DNA of 45,410 nucleotides from Mucilaginibacter sp. (GTDB lineage: Bacteria > Bacteroidota > Bacteroidia > Sphingobacteriales > Sphingobacteriaceae), in contig JAQNCM010000411.1 of assembly GCA_029237615.1 (NCBI GenBank), positions 1-45,410 of the forward strand, given 5' to 3'. The notes under the pieces were generated by a model, which worked only from the letters and a program-made list of their open reading frames with translations, was not told the origin of the DNA and did no database searches. Both the position numbers and the translations under genes were made by a program. Positions within the stretch are counted from its first letter, which is position 1; every line of letters starts with the position of its first letter. Shown here one piece after another: positions 11,956-21,497 of the stretch.

Positions 11956-11963
11956 TACTTTTG
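11956..11963 (+). promoter_or_regulatory. Bacteroidota -7 box (TACTTTTG) 4 nt before the ATG of the MBL hydrolase
   Basis: TACTTTTG-AACT-ATG is an exact TAnnTTTG match. Confidence 0.55.
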
Positions 11964-11967
11964 AACT

Positions 11968-12606
11968 ATGACAAACGTTCAATCCTTTGTAAATAATCCT
12001 TACCAGGAAAATACATATATCTTATACGATGAAAGCGGGGAATGCGCCATTATTGACCCGGGAATGGAGACCGCTGCTGAACAAAACACAATAGTAAACT
12101 TTATCAGGGAAAATAAGTTAACACCCGTTTTATTGCTCAATACGCATTGCCATATCGATCATGTGCTTGGCAATAAATTTATTTTTGACCAATACGGATT
12201 AAAACCGCAGTTTAACATCGGCGAATTACCCCTGCTGGAGGCTGTGATAGCCTATGCGCCTGCCATGGGTATCCGTTACGAACCATCGCCAATCCCGGAT
12301 GCCTATTTACCGGAAACCGGCAATGTGCAATTTGGCAACACAGAGCTTATTTTGATATTTGCACCCGGTCATTCGCCGGCACATTTATGCTATTACGCAA
12401 CAGACGCCAACATATTAATAGGCGGGGATGTATTGTTCAGGAACAGTATAGGGCGCACCGATTTGCCCGGAGGCAGTTTAATGCAATTGATTGAAAATAT
12501 TGAACAAAAATTGTTTACCCTGCCGGATGATTGCGTGGTTTATCCCGGCCATGGTCCCGAAACAACTATTGGTTTTGAAAAAGAAACCAATCCCTTTTTA
12601 ACTTAG
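11968..12606 (+). CDS. MBL-fold metallo-hydrolase (glyoxalase II/YcbL-like)
   Basis: THCHIDH, PGHSPAH, GDVLF..SIGRTD, PGHGPETT. Confidence 0.93.
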   Translation: MTNVQSFVNNPYQENTYILYDESGECAIIDPGMETAAEQNTIVNFIRENKLTPVLLLNTHCHIDHVLGNKFIFDQYGLKPQFNIGELPLLEAVIAYAPAMGIRYEPSPIPDAYLPETGNVQFGNTELILIFAPGHSPAHLCYYATDANILIGGDVLFRNSIGRTDLPGGSLMQLIENIEQKLFTLPDDCVVYPGHGPETTIGFEKETNPFLT

Positions 12607-12639
12607 CAATATTCACCAATAACAATCACTACTCACCAT

Positions 12640-13866
12640 TTGAACACCTCCGTTTACATAGCCAAAAGGTATTTGTTTTCCAGCAAGAAAATGCATGCCA
12701 TCAATGTTATCTCAGGCATCTCTATGCTTGGGGTATTGATTGGCAGTGCGGCATTAGTAATTATTTTATCGGTGTTTAACGGGTTTGAAGAGGTGATCCT
12801 TTCGTTATACAGCAATTTTACACCCGAGATAAAAATAGAACCCCGCCTGGGGAAAACCTTTGACCCAAATACCGCCTATTTTAATTCGCTTCACCAGGAT
12901 GCCAAAGTGTTCTCCTATACTGAAGTGTTACAGGAAAAAGTGCTGATTAAGTACGACAATAAGCCATTTATAGGAACCATAAAGGGAGTGAGCAAAGAGT
13001 TTTTGAAAAACCGCCAGCTAGATAGTACTATTCAAAGCGGTTCGTTCACCCTGAAAACAGCCGATCAGGATTATGCTGTTATTGGATCGTCAATACAAGG
13101 CAGCCTTGGGGTAAATGTACACGACCAGTTTGCACCCCTGGAAATATATGCGCCCCGCAGGGAAGCGGGTGCCGCGACAAATCCGTTAAATGAGTTTGTT
13201 GTACGATCCATTACTCCGTCGGGTGTATTTGCCATTGAGGAAGAATTTGACGACATAATTATCACTCCGATTGATTTTGTACGTGACCTGCTTGGTCAAT
13301 CGCAAAACGTATCATCACTGGAAATTAACTATAAAAAAGGCGCCGATCTTGCCGGGGTTCAATCGGCCATCCTTAAAAAGATAGGGAAAAACTATACGGT
13401 AAAAAACCGAAGGGAGCAAAATGCAGAGCTTTACAAGACCTTAAACTTTGAAAGGTGGTTTATTTTTATGATATTAACCTTTGTTTTAATTATTGCAATA
13501 TTTAACATAATTGGCTCTTTAACCATGCTGGTAATTGATAAAAGGAAAGATATTGCTATTTTAAGTAGTTTAGGGGCCAATAAACAACTTATTCAGGGTG
13601 TGTTTTTTTTTGAAGGCATGATGATATCAGTAACGGGATGTATTGTAGGCATGTTTTTAGGTCTTGTATTTTGTATATTGCAGCAACATTTTGGTTTGAT
13701 AAAAATGGGGTCGAGAATCTCGGTGTTAGACGCTTACCCGGTTGCCCTCCGGTTTTCTGATTTTGGTTTGGTGTTTTTAACCGTAATTGCTATCGCTATA
13801 ATAGCATCCGGTGTAAGCGCCCGCCTTAGTATTAAAGGGTTAAACGATATAAAGCAGGACTTGTAA
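12640..13866 (+). CDS. LolC/E (FtsX/MacB-like) ABC permease
   Basis: TTG start; IAKRYL, ILSVFNGF, large periplasmic domain, IAIFNIIGSLTMLVIDKRKDIAILSSLGA, four-TM layout. Confidence 0.9.
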   Translation: MNTSVYIAKRYLFSSKKMHAINVISGISMLGVLIGSAALVIILSVFNGFEEVILSLYSNFTPEIKIEPRLGKTFDPNTAYFNSLHQDAKVFSYTEVLQEKVLIKYDNKPFIGTIKGVSKEFLKNRQLDSTIQSGSFTLKTADQDYAVIGSSIQGSLGVNVHDQFAPLEIYAPRREAGAATNPLNEFVVRSITPSGVFAIEEEFDDIIITPIDFVRDLLGQSQNVSSLEINYKKGADLAGVQSAILKKIGKNYTVKNRREQNAELYKTLNFERWFIFMILTFVLIIAIFNIIGSLTMLVIDKRKDIAILSSLGANKQLIQGVFFFEGMMISVTGCIVGMFLGLVFCILQQHFGLIKMGSRISVLDAYPVALRFSDFGLVFLTVIAIAIIASGVSARLSIKGLNDIKQDL

Positions 13867-13873
13867 TACTAAC

Positions 13874-14242
13874 ATGAATTTAAAGCAGATAAAATATTTA
13901 CTGTTTGTTGCAATGGTGGGTGTATATTCATGCAAAAGCGATTCGGGAAAAGGTAATAAGCATATTGTTTACAAGGGGATATATAGTTTTGGACCCGAAA
14001 TAAAGTCTTTTAAAGATTGTGACAACGGAGGCGAATTTTGGGTGACTGATAGCGCGAAGGAACTGGAGTTAAAATATTCCCAGTTAAATTTCGAAAAACC
14101 TTATTTGCCGGTATATGTTGAAGTAGAGGGTGTAAAAATACCTTCAGGTAAAGAAGGGCTGGGAGCAGAGTACGATAGTACGCTTGTGGTGAATAAATTA
14201 ATCAAGATAACCAAGGAAATTCCGCAGGATATGTGTAAATAG
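13874..14242 (+). CDS. Small lipoprotein, possibly NlpE C-terminal OB-fold-like
   Basis: Lipobox GVYS-C; pattern YKGIYSFGPE..SFKDC...WV...PVYVEVEG...G.LG..Y. Confidence 0.7.
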   Translation: MNLKQIKYLLFVAMVGVYSCKSDSGKGNKHIVYKGIYSFGPEIKSFKDCDNGGEFWVTDSAKELELKYSQLNFEKPYLPVYVEVEGVKIPSGKEGLGAEYDSTLVVNKLIKITKEIPQDMCK

Positions 14243-14245
14243 CAG

Positions 14246-14278
14246 ATAAGGCTAAAAGTTTAAAACTTTTAGCCTTAT
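14246..14278. repeat. Perfect 15-bp inverted repeat
   Basis: ATAAGGCTAAAAGTT-TAA-AACTTTTAGCCTTAT, directly after the lipoprotein stop. Confidence 0.85.
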
Positions 14279-14340
14279 ATTGAAATAAAAACTACAAACT
14301 TACCAGGCTCTGGCTTTATGTTTGAGTCTGAATAAAAAAA

Positions 14341-14375
14341 GCTTTTAGCTTTATGCTTTAAGCCTTTAGCTTATA
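14341..14375 (+). repeat. Heptamer tandem repeat (x5) immediately upstream of rbfA
   Basis: GCTTTTA GCTTTAT GCTTTAA GCCTTTA GCTTATA. Confidence 0.75.
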
Positions 14376-14379
14376 AACC

Positions 14380-14751
14380 ATGGAATCAAAACGTCAGCAA
14401 AAATTTGCGGGAGTAATACAACAGGACCTTGCAGCTATATTTCAGCGTGAGGGCATTAATTACCTGCCCAACACGCTAATAACAATTACCAAAGTTAGGG
14501 TAACCCCGGACCTGGCTATTGCAAGGGTGTTTTTAAGTTTTTTTAATAATACCAATCCGCAGCTGGCCCTTCAAACTATTAAGCTGCATGCGTCAGAGAT
14601 CAGGTATAAACTGGGTGCACGTATAAAAGATCAGGTAAGGATTATCCCTCAGCTTGAGTTTTTTGTGGATGACACCAGCGAGTATGTTGAGAGAATGGAC
14701 AAGATCTTCGAGAAAATAAGCAAGGAAGACAGGCAGCCTGAAACTGAATAA
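14380..14751 (+). CDS. rbfA: 30S ribosome-binding factor A
   Basis: MESKRQQK...IQQDL, ITITKVRVTPDL.IARVFLS, RIIPQLEFFVDD. Confidence 0.96.
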   Translation: MESKRQQKFAGVIQQDLAAIFQREGINYLPNTLITITKVRVTPDLAIARVFLSFFNNTNPQLALQTIKLHASEIRYKLGARIKDQVRIIPQLEFFVDDTSEYVERMDKIFEKISKEDRQPETE

Positions 14752-14759
14752 ATAAGTTG

Positions 14760-15467
14760 ATGGATGCTAATGCACGGCTAACCGCTTATCTTGAGGCCAA
14801 TCCGGCTGCGACGGGAAAAGTGGTTGATTTTAATGCAGTCACTGATCGCCTTTATCACTTTGATTTTACGGCAGGCAACATTGACTTAAACGGCGATATT
14901 TTTAACGAAACTGAAAAGTTTAACCGCTGGGTAACGCAGAAGCTTCAAAGCCATACGTGCAAATATGGTATTGGCGGTTATATGGAACACCGTACTATTT
15001 ACGCGCGCAGCATGCACTTTAATACGGATGATGAACCCCGTCGCCTGCATTTAGGGGTTGATATATGGGGCGATGCCGAAACAGCTGTTTACGCTCCTTT
15101 GAAGGGGATAGTACACAGCTTTAAAGACAACAATAATTTTGGGGATTACGGCCCTGCTATCATCCTGGAACATCACCTTGAAGGATTGACGTTGTATTCC
15201 CTTTATGGCCATCTGAGCCGCAGCAGTCTTGCTGGCTTAACCGTTGGAATGCCAATAAATAAAGATCAGCAAATCGGTACCTTTGGAAACATGACTGAAA
15301 ATGGCAATTGGCCCCCTCACCTGCATTTTCAACTTATGTTTGATATAGAAGGAAAATCTGGCGATTATCCTGGTGTTTGCCGGTATTCAGAAAAAGATAA
15401 GTACCAAGAAAATATTCCAGACCCACAAATCATTCTTCAGTTTCCAAATTCCGTTAACTTTTTATAG
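14760..15467 (+). CDS. M23 family (peptidoglycan DD-metalloendopeptidase-like) protein without signal peptide
   Basis: HLGVD (HxxxD), YG..I, SLYGHLS, NGNWPPHLHFQ (HxH); ATG at 14760. Confidence 0.88.
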   Translation: MDANARLTAYLEANPAATGKVVDFNAVTDRLYHFDFTAGNIDLNGDIFNETEKFNRWVTQKLQSHTCKYGIGGYMEHRTIYARSMHFNTDDEPRRLHLGVDIWGDAETAVYAPLKGIVHSFKDNNNFGDYGPAIILEHHLEGLTLYSLYGHLSRSSLAGLTVGMPINKDQQIGTFGNMTENGNWPPHLHFQLMFDIEGKSGDYPGVCRYSEKDKYQENIPDPQIILQFPNSVNFL

Positions 15468-15539
15468 AACTGCAGACCCGTACCGTTTTAAGGGATTTTA
15501 TTTGTAATTATAGATTTATTCCTTACCGATTCGTTAAGC

Positions 15540-15574
15540 CTATCAAAATGATAATCACGCTATCAAAATGATAG
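15540..15574. promoter_or_regulatory. Two tandem palindromic operator-like sites upstream of kup
   Basis: CTATCAAAATGATA at 15540-15553 and 15560-15573 (exact 14-nt direct repeat, period 20); each copy is a TATCA-AAA-TGATA palindrome. Confidence 0.7.
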
Positions 15575-15662
15575 GGTGTTGTTTTTGTGTATTTTTTACA
15601 CTATCCCCTTAAAAATCTGTAAGCCAATTATTTAATTATTATAAACGGATGTTTGCTTATTA

Positions 15663-15677
15663 TGGCATGGCTATTGG
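15663..15677 (+). promoter_or_regulatory. Putative sigma54 (-24/-12) promoter of kup
   Basis: TGGCATG-GCTA-TTGG versus the consensus TGGCACG-N4-TTGC; spacing exact, two mismatches. Confidence 0.55.
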
Positions 15678-15812
15678 CTAGCGCTAATTAATAATTAATT
15701 AAATTGATTTCACCTCTAATGAGTTATCATTCTTTGGCGTCTTTAACTGCCTTATCCTTGCGGTTAAAATTCTCTTTTCCCAATATTATAGCTTTTATTT
15801 TATCCTGATTTA

Positions 15813-17786
15813 ATGAATCCACATATTAAAAAACTTTCTTTTGCGGGTGCGTTGATCACTCTCGGTATTATTTTCGGCGACATTGGTACTTCACCATTAT
15901 ATGTTTTCCAAACCCTGTTAGTTGAAGGACGAACCATCAATCAATCACTCGTTTTAGGGGCAATATCCTGCATTTTCTGGACCTTAACATTGCAAACTAC
16001 TTTCAAATACATTGTAATAACCCTGCAAGCCGATAACCACGGTGAAGGTGGAATATTTTCATTGTATGCACTGGTGCGCCGTTATGGCAAATGGCTGGCT
16101 ATCCCGGCTATCATAGGTGCAGGCACCCTGCTTGCCGATGGTATCATTACACCACCCATTTCGGTGACGTCAGCCATTGAGGGCTTAAGTAACGTGCCTT
16201 CGCTGGCAGCTAGTTTTGTTCCGGGCAACAGCCTTATGTTAGGGATCGTTATTGGTATCATGATCTTGCTGTTTTTTTTTCAGCAGTTTGGTACCAAAGT
16301 AGTCGGTTCCGCATTCGGACCGGTAATGCTGCTTTGGTTTTTAATGATCGGTGTTTTAGGCGCTTATCAATTTGTGCAGAATCCTGGTATCATCAAAGCG
16401 TTTAATCCTTATTATGGCATTATGTTGCTGGTAAAACATCCAAGGGCAATTTACCTGCTTGGCGCTGTGTTTTTGTGTACAACCGGTGCCGAGGCATTGT
16501 ACTCGGACCTGGGTCACTGCGGGCGTAAAAACATCCAGGTAAGCTGGATATTTGTAAAAGTAACCCTTTTGTTAAGCTATTTGGGCCAGGGCGCCTGGGT
16601 ATTAATGCAGCCGGCGGGAAAAGATTTTACCAATGTGAACCCATTTTACCAGATTGTGCCCAATCCGCATTTATTAATGATCCCTTGTGTGGCGCTGGCT
16701 ACGCTGGCAACTATTATTGCCAGCCAGGCACTTATCAGCGGTTCATTTACATTGATAAGCGAAGCGGTAAGCATGAATTTTTGGCCCCGGATCACCATTA
16801 AATATCCGTCTAACATTCGCGGACAAATTTATATCCCCAGCATTAATTGGATCCTTTGTTTTGGTTGTATAGCGGTATCACTTTACTTCCGCACTTCCGA
16901 AGCGATGACTGCTGCTTACGGTTTTTCAATTACCATTGCCATGCTGATGACCACCATTTTAATGTACTATTTTATGCGGTACGTTAAGCACTGGCCGGTA
17001 TGGCTGGTTACTATTATACTTTGCGTGTTTTTAACGGTTGAGTTTTCATTTTTTGTTGCTAACGCCATAAAGCTGTTAAAGAGATTGTTTTTCCTTGTAT
17101 TTGAAGGCGGATTGATATTTACCATGTACATCTGGTTTAAGGCCCGTAAGATCAATAACCGCTTCCTGCATTTTATTGATCTGAAAGACCAGATCCCGTT
17201 GTTAACAGCATTAAGTGCGGATCAATCCGTAAGTAAATATTCAACGCACCTGATCTATCTTACCAAGGCTAACAATGCCAAACAGATAGAAGAAAAGATC
17301 ATGTACTCCATTATGAGCCGTAAGCCTAAGCGGGCTGATACCTATTGGTTTATTCATATTGAAACAACCAATGAGCCCTATACCATGGAGTACAGCGTTG
17401 ACCAGGTAGAACCAGGAAAAGTGATACGTGTTGAATTCAGGTTAGGGTTCAGGATCCAGCCGCGTGTTAACGTATTATATCGCAAAGTAATTGAAGACAT
17501 GGTTGCACGGAAAGAAATTGATATCACCAGTCATTATGATTCGCTGAATAAATTCAAAATTGCCGCCGATTTCAGGTTTGTGATCATGGAAAAATTCTTG
17601 TCATACAATAACAGTTTCAGTATTAGGGAAGGTTTTATATTGAATAGTTATTTTGCAATTAAGAAACTGGCACAATCCGAAGCGAAAGCTTTTGGCCTTG
17701 ATACCAGCGAAACTTATGTGGAGAAAATACCATTGGTGGTAAAGCCCGTAGGCAATATTGTGTTGAAGCGGATTGACGCTGTATAA
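15813..17786 (+). CDS. kup: KUP/HAK/KT potassium transporter
   Basis: LGIIFGDIGTSPLY, ADNHGEGGIFSLY, DGIITPPISV.SAIEG, TGAEALYSDLGH, IIASQALISGSF, GQIYIP. Confidence 0.97.
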   Translation: MNPHIKKLSFAGALITLGIIFGDIGTSPLYVFQTLLVEGRTINQSLVLGAISCIFWTLTLQTTFKYIVITLQADNHGEGGIFSLYALVRRYGKWLAIPAIIGAGTLLADGIITPPISVTSAIEGLSNVPSLAASFVPGNSLMLGIVIGIMILLFFFQQFGTKVVGSAFGPVMLLWFLMIGVLGAYQFVQNPGIIKAFNPYYGIMLLVKHPRAIYLLGAVFLCTTGAEALYSDLGHCGRKNIQVSWIFVKVTLLLSYLGQGAWVLMQPAGKDFTNVNPFYQIVPNPHLLMIPCVALATLATIIASQALISGSFTLISEAVSMNFWPRITIKYPSNIRGQIYIPSINWILCFGCIAVSLYFRTSEAMTAAYGFSITIAMLMTTILMYYFMRYVKHWPVWLVTIILCVFLTVEFSFFVANAIKLLKRLFFLVFEGGLIFTMYIWFKARKINNRFLHFIDLKDQIPLLTALSADQSVSKYSTHLIYLTKANNAKQIEEKIMYSIMSRKPKRADTYWFIHIETTNEPYTMEYSVDQVEPGKVIRVEFRLGFRIQPRVNVLYRKVIEDMVARKEIDITSHYDSLNKFKIAADFRFVIMEKFLSYNNSFSIREGFILNSYFAIKKLAQSEAKAFGLDTSETYVEKIPLVVKPVGNIVLKRIDAV

Positions 17787-17830
17787 CGGACCCCATCCGA
17801 ACATCGCTTTATTTAAAACTTTAATGAGAA

Positions 17831-17863
17831 AAACTTGCGAAGTTTCAAAAACTTCGCAAGTTT
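17831..17863. repeat. Perfect 15-bp nested palindrome (REP-like element / bidirectional terminator) between convergent kup and GH20
   Basis: AAACTTGCGAAGTTT-CAA-AAACTTCGCAAGTTT; each arm is itself AAACTT-N3-AAGTTT. Confidence 0.85.
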
Positions 17864-17898
17864 AACTATTTAAATGTGTCCGGAATCTTTGCCGAATA

Positions 17899-19794
17899 TT
17901 AACGTCTGCGGTTTGATCTTTCTACCCGCTGCTTAAGTTCTGCTATCGGCATCGTTATCATTCTTCCAATTGGCTCTTTACCTCTATAGGTGATGACCCT
18001 AAGTTGCGTAGCATCTTTAGGTACTATCAAAGGTTCGGTATATTTCGGGTAAAACCTATCAGGGTAAGAGTTGTCAAAGCTGTAATAGATATCCAGGTTG
18101 GGGATTTCGGTGGTTAGCGCGACATGCATAAGGCTGTCAGCACCCACGCTGGCATTAAAGTCGGGGTCATATACGCTGGGTGCATATTTGATGTTGGCTT
18201 CGTTAAACCGGGCGAATTGTTTTTCGACGCGGGGATAAAAGTTATTCCAGTTTTTTTTCTCCTTTGGCGACCAAACCGATTCTGCAATTGCAAAGCCCCG
18301 TGGCCAGGTCATATATTCAACCTGCCTGAAATTAAATACCTGTTCGGCCCATAAGTTTGCCTGGCCGCCTAAAATCAATTTAGCATCGGCGCTGTCTGGT
18401 ACCGGTTCAAATTCATAAGCTTTGCTTAATCGTAGCGTGGCATACACATGCGGCTCCATAACGCGATCGCTTTGCATATAATCCAGGTAAGCAAAGGTTG
18501 TGGGGCTCATTACCACTTCATGACCCAGTTTTGAAGCGGTGATGCCTCCTTTTATTCCGCGCCAGCTCATTACTGCTGCATTTGGGCCAAGGCCTCCTTC
18601 AATGATCTCGTCCCAGCCCATAAATTTTTTACCCTTTGATTCTACAATTTTCTCCAGGCGTTTTTCAAAGTAACTTTGTACTTGCTCATAAGTGGTTAAA
18701 TTTTCTCTTTTCATTAAAGCAGTTACAGAATCGCTTTTGGCCCACCAGGCTTTATTGCACTCATCGCCGCCCATATGCACATAAGCAAAAGGAAATAATT
18801 GTGCCACCTCGGTCATTACCTTATCCAGGAAGGCATAAGTATATTCGCTGGATGGATTTAGCGTATTGTCAACATTTGTCCGCTCGCCCGAGCGCACCTG
18901 GTATTTGTCGGCACCCGGGGTAACTGAAAGCTCGGGATAAGAAACAACGGCTGCCAAACTATGTCCCGGTACATCAATTTCGGGCAAAATATTTAAAAAC
19001 CTTTCTTTAGCATATTGTACCAGTTCCCTGATGTCATCCTGGGTATAAAAACCTCCGTAAGTACGCGGCTCATCAGGTGTAGGCGTGGAAAATCTGCCAA
19101 ACTCACCTACTTTGTTAACATTATAAGCGCCCACGGTAGTTAATCGCGGCAGGCTTTTTATTTCAACCCGCCAGCCTTCGTCATCAGTAAGGTGCATATG
19201 CAGCAGGTTGTATTTGTAGCGCACCATTTGGTCGATATATTGTTTCACCTCATCTTTAGTAAAGAAATGACGCGAGACATCAAGCATTAACCCTCTCCAG
19301 CTAAACCTTGGGTAATCTTTAATATCAACACAGGGAGCTGTCCATTTCATACCGGCGATTACTTCAGGGCTTTCAATTTCTTTAGGGAATAATTGTATAA
19401 GGGTTTGCACACCATAAAATAATCCGGCAGGTTCATTGGCTCTTATTAGAATGCCTTTTTTGCCAACCCATAAATGGTAACCTTCTTTACCCAAAGCGGT
19501 GTCCGCTTTGATGTTCAGGGTTAATTTGATAGTAGCCGGGATTTTAGCACTGTTTTTTGTAGTAACCAGCGCACCGGTTGAAGTGGTCAGTTTGTTTTTG
19601 AGATAACTGGTAACCAATTTCAAGTCTGCCCCCGGGGCGGCCACGATCATCACATGTTTGGGCAGGATAAATTCACCTTTTTTTGTAATAACACTTACCG
19701 GTTCGGGAATAATTGCTAACCCGGTTTTGGCAGTTTGGCCAAATCCGAAGTATGTTATTATGCAAAGACTTAACGAAAAGGATAATTTTTTCAT
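17899..19794 (-). CDS. GH20 beta-N-acetylhexosaminidase
   Basis: Signal peptide; DYPRFSWRGLMLDVSRHF, HMHLTDDEGWR, PEIDVPGH, catalytic HMGGDE, GGQANLWAE; C-terminal Fn3-like domain. Confidence 0.95.
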   Translation of the reverse strand: MKKLSFSLSLCIITYFGFGQTAKTGLAIIPEPVSVITKKGEFILPKHVMIVAAPGADLKLVTSYLKNKLTTSTGALVTTKNSAKIPATIKLTLNIKADTALGKEGYHLWVGKKGILIRANEPAGLFYGVQTLIQLFPKEIESPEVIAGMKWTAPCVDIKDYPRFSWRGLMLDVSRHFFTKDEVKQYIDQMVRYKYNLLHMHLTDDEGWRVEIKSLPRLTTVGAYNVNKVGEFGRFSTPTPDEPRTYGGFYTQDDIRELVQYAKERFLNILPEIDVPGHSLAAVVSYPELSVTPGADKYQVRSGERTNVDNTLNPSSEYTYAFLDKVMTEVAQLFPFAYVHMGGDECNKAWWAKSDSVTALMKRENLTTYEQVQSYFEKRLEKIVESKGKKFMGWDEIIEGGLGPNAAVMSWRGIKGGITASKLGHEVVMSPTTFAYLDYMQSDRVMEPHVYATLRLSKAYEFEPVPDSADAKLILGGQANLWAEQVFNFRQVEYMTWPRGFAIAESVWSPKEKKNWNNFYPRVEKQFARFNEANIKYAPSVYDPDFNASVGADSLMHVALTTEIPNLDIYYSFDNSYPDRFYPKYTEPLIVPKDATQLRVITYRGKEPIGRMITMPIAELKQRVERSNRRR

Positions 19795-19934
19795 AACTTT
19801 TTATATCAGGTTAATTGGGAGATTATATATTGCAAATTATACTTTTTAAATTATATTAAAAAGTAGCATGGTTTAAAATAGCCGTTTGTAAATTATTATA
19901 TTGCGTCATCAAGACGCATTATAAACCAATAATT

Positions 19935-21497
19935 ATGAAAAAGCAACCTGCCAGGACTGTTTGCGTGCTTTTTGCATGTATTTCAGTTTTACTATATTCA
20001 TTCGTAGCCGGCAAAACACCAGGTAAAAATTCTGATACAATAGCAATCGAGGGCGGCCATATCTCTGGTGTTAAAAGTGAAGTGAGTGATGTAGTGGCTT
20101 TTAAGGGTATTCCATTTGCAGCGCCGCCGGTTGGTGAATTGCGCTGGAAAGCACCCCAGCCTGTAAAGCCGTGGCAGGGTATTAAAAAATGTGATTCATT
20201 CGGACCAAGCCCCATGCAGGCAAAGCCGGTTCCATTTATGGTTTATACCCCCGAATTCCTTATTCCTGAAACACCTATCAGTGAAGACTGTCTTTACCTG
20301 AACGTTTGGACAAAGGTGCGTGCAGATAATAAGAAGCCGGTTTTTGTTTGGATATACGGAGGGGGCTTTACCAGCGGCGGCACAGCAGTACCAATTTATG
20401 ATGGTGAAGCCATGGCAAAAAAAGGTATCATATTTGTATCGGTTAATTACCGGGTAGGTGTTTTTGGTTTTCTTGCTCACCCTGAACTTACAAAAGAATC
20501 ACCCGATAACGCTTCAGGAAATTATGGCCTGCTTGATCAGATCGCCGCTTTAAAGTGGATAAAAAGGAATATAGCTGCTTTTGGCGGTGATCCGGATAAT
20601 GTGACGATCGCAGGCCAGTCGGCAGGTTCGATGAGCGTACACTGTTTGGTGGCGTCACCGGTAGCAAAGGGCCTTTTTAACAAAGCCATTGCCGAAAGCG
20701 GCTCAATGATGATCACCAACCCACTGATAAAAACAAGCACGCTCACCGGCGCCGAACAACAGGGGCTAAAATTAGCGCAGACTGTTAATGCCGCTTCCTT
20801 GGAAGATTTGAGAAAAATTCCGGCCGCCAAACTGATGAAGTTTCCCGGCCGCTATTCGCCTGTTATTGATGGTTTTGTATTACCGAAACCAGTTGAAGAA
20901 ATTTTTGCTGAGCGAAAGGAAAATGATGTGCCGGTGCTAACGGGTTGGAATGCCGACGAGAGCTTTGTTGCCGCTTTTAAAAATAAGGAGGCCTTTCAGC
21001 AAGAGGCGAAAGAACAATACGGGCCGGACGCTGATCAATTTTTAAAATATTATCCTGCAAATACTGATCAGGAAGCGGTGCGTTCACAAATCAAGTTAAG
21101 CAGGGATATGATTTTTGCAATGTCAGGCTATAAATGGGCCGGGACACAGAGCAAACAAGGGAAGTCGCCTGTTTATGTATATTATTTTGCCCATAAACTA
21201 CCAGCCACTGCGGATTATGTTAAATATGGCGCTTTCCATACCGGCGAGGTTGCTTATATGATGGATAATTTAAAGTTCCTTCATCGTCCATGGCAGCCTG
21301 CCGACTTTGAATTAGCCCGGTTAATGTCCAATTATTGGGTAAACTTTATCACCAGCGGTAACCCTAACGGAACCGGCCTGCCGGTATGGCCAAAATATGA
21401 CACCCAAAGTTACCAGGCAATGGTATTTGACAAAGGCGCCGGGAAACAAGAGCTGCCTGACAAAGCGGAACTGGAGTTTATGGTGAGTAGAAAGTAG
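19935..21497 (+). CDS. Type B carboxylesterase/lipase (secreted)
   Basis: FKGIPFAAPPVGELRW, SEDCLYLNVW, YGGGF, GQSAG nucleophile elbow, GAFHTGE. Confidence 0.95.
   Translation: MKKQPARTVCVLFACISVLLYSFVAGKTPGKNSDTIAIEGGHISGVKSEVSDVVAFKGIPFAAPPVGELRWKAPQPVKPWQGIKKCDSFGPSPMQAKPVPFMVYTPEFLIPETPISEDCLYLNVWTKVRADNKKPVFVWIYGGGFTSGGTAVPIYDGEAMAKKGIIFVSVNYRVGVFGFLAHPELTKESPDNASGNYGLLDQIAALKWIKRNIAAFGGDPDNVTIAGQSAGSMSVHCLVASPVAKGLFNKAIAESGSMMITNPLIKTSTLTGAEQQGLKLAQTVNAASLEDLRKIPAAKLMKFPGRYSPVIDGFVLPKPVEEIFAERKENDVPVLTGWNADESFVAAFKNKEAFQQEAKEQYGPDADQFLKYYPANTDQEAVRSQIKLSRDMIFAMSGYKWAGTQSKQGKSPVYVYYFAHKLPATADYVKYGAFHTGEVAYMMDNLKFLHRPWQPADFELARLMSNYWVNFITSGNPNGTGLPVWPKYDTQSYQAMVFDKGAGKQELPDKAELEFMVSRK

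Noticed and set aside
15540-15574. Direct repeat as a CRISPR remnant
   Set aside because: Only two 14-nt units with a 6-nt spacer and no cas genes.
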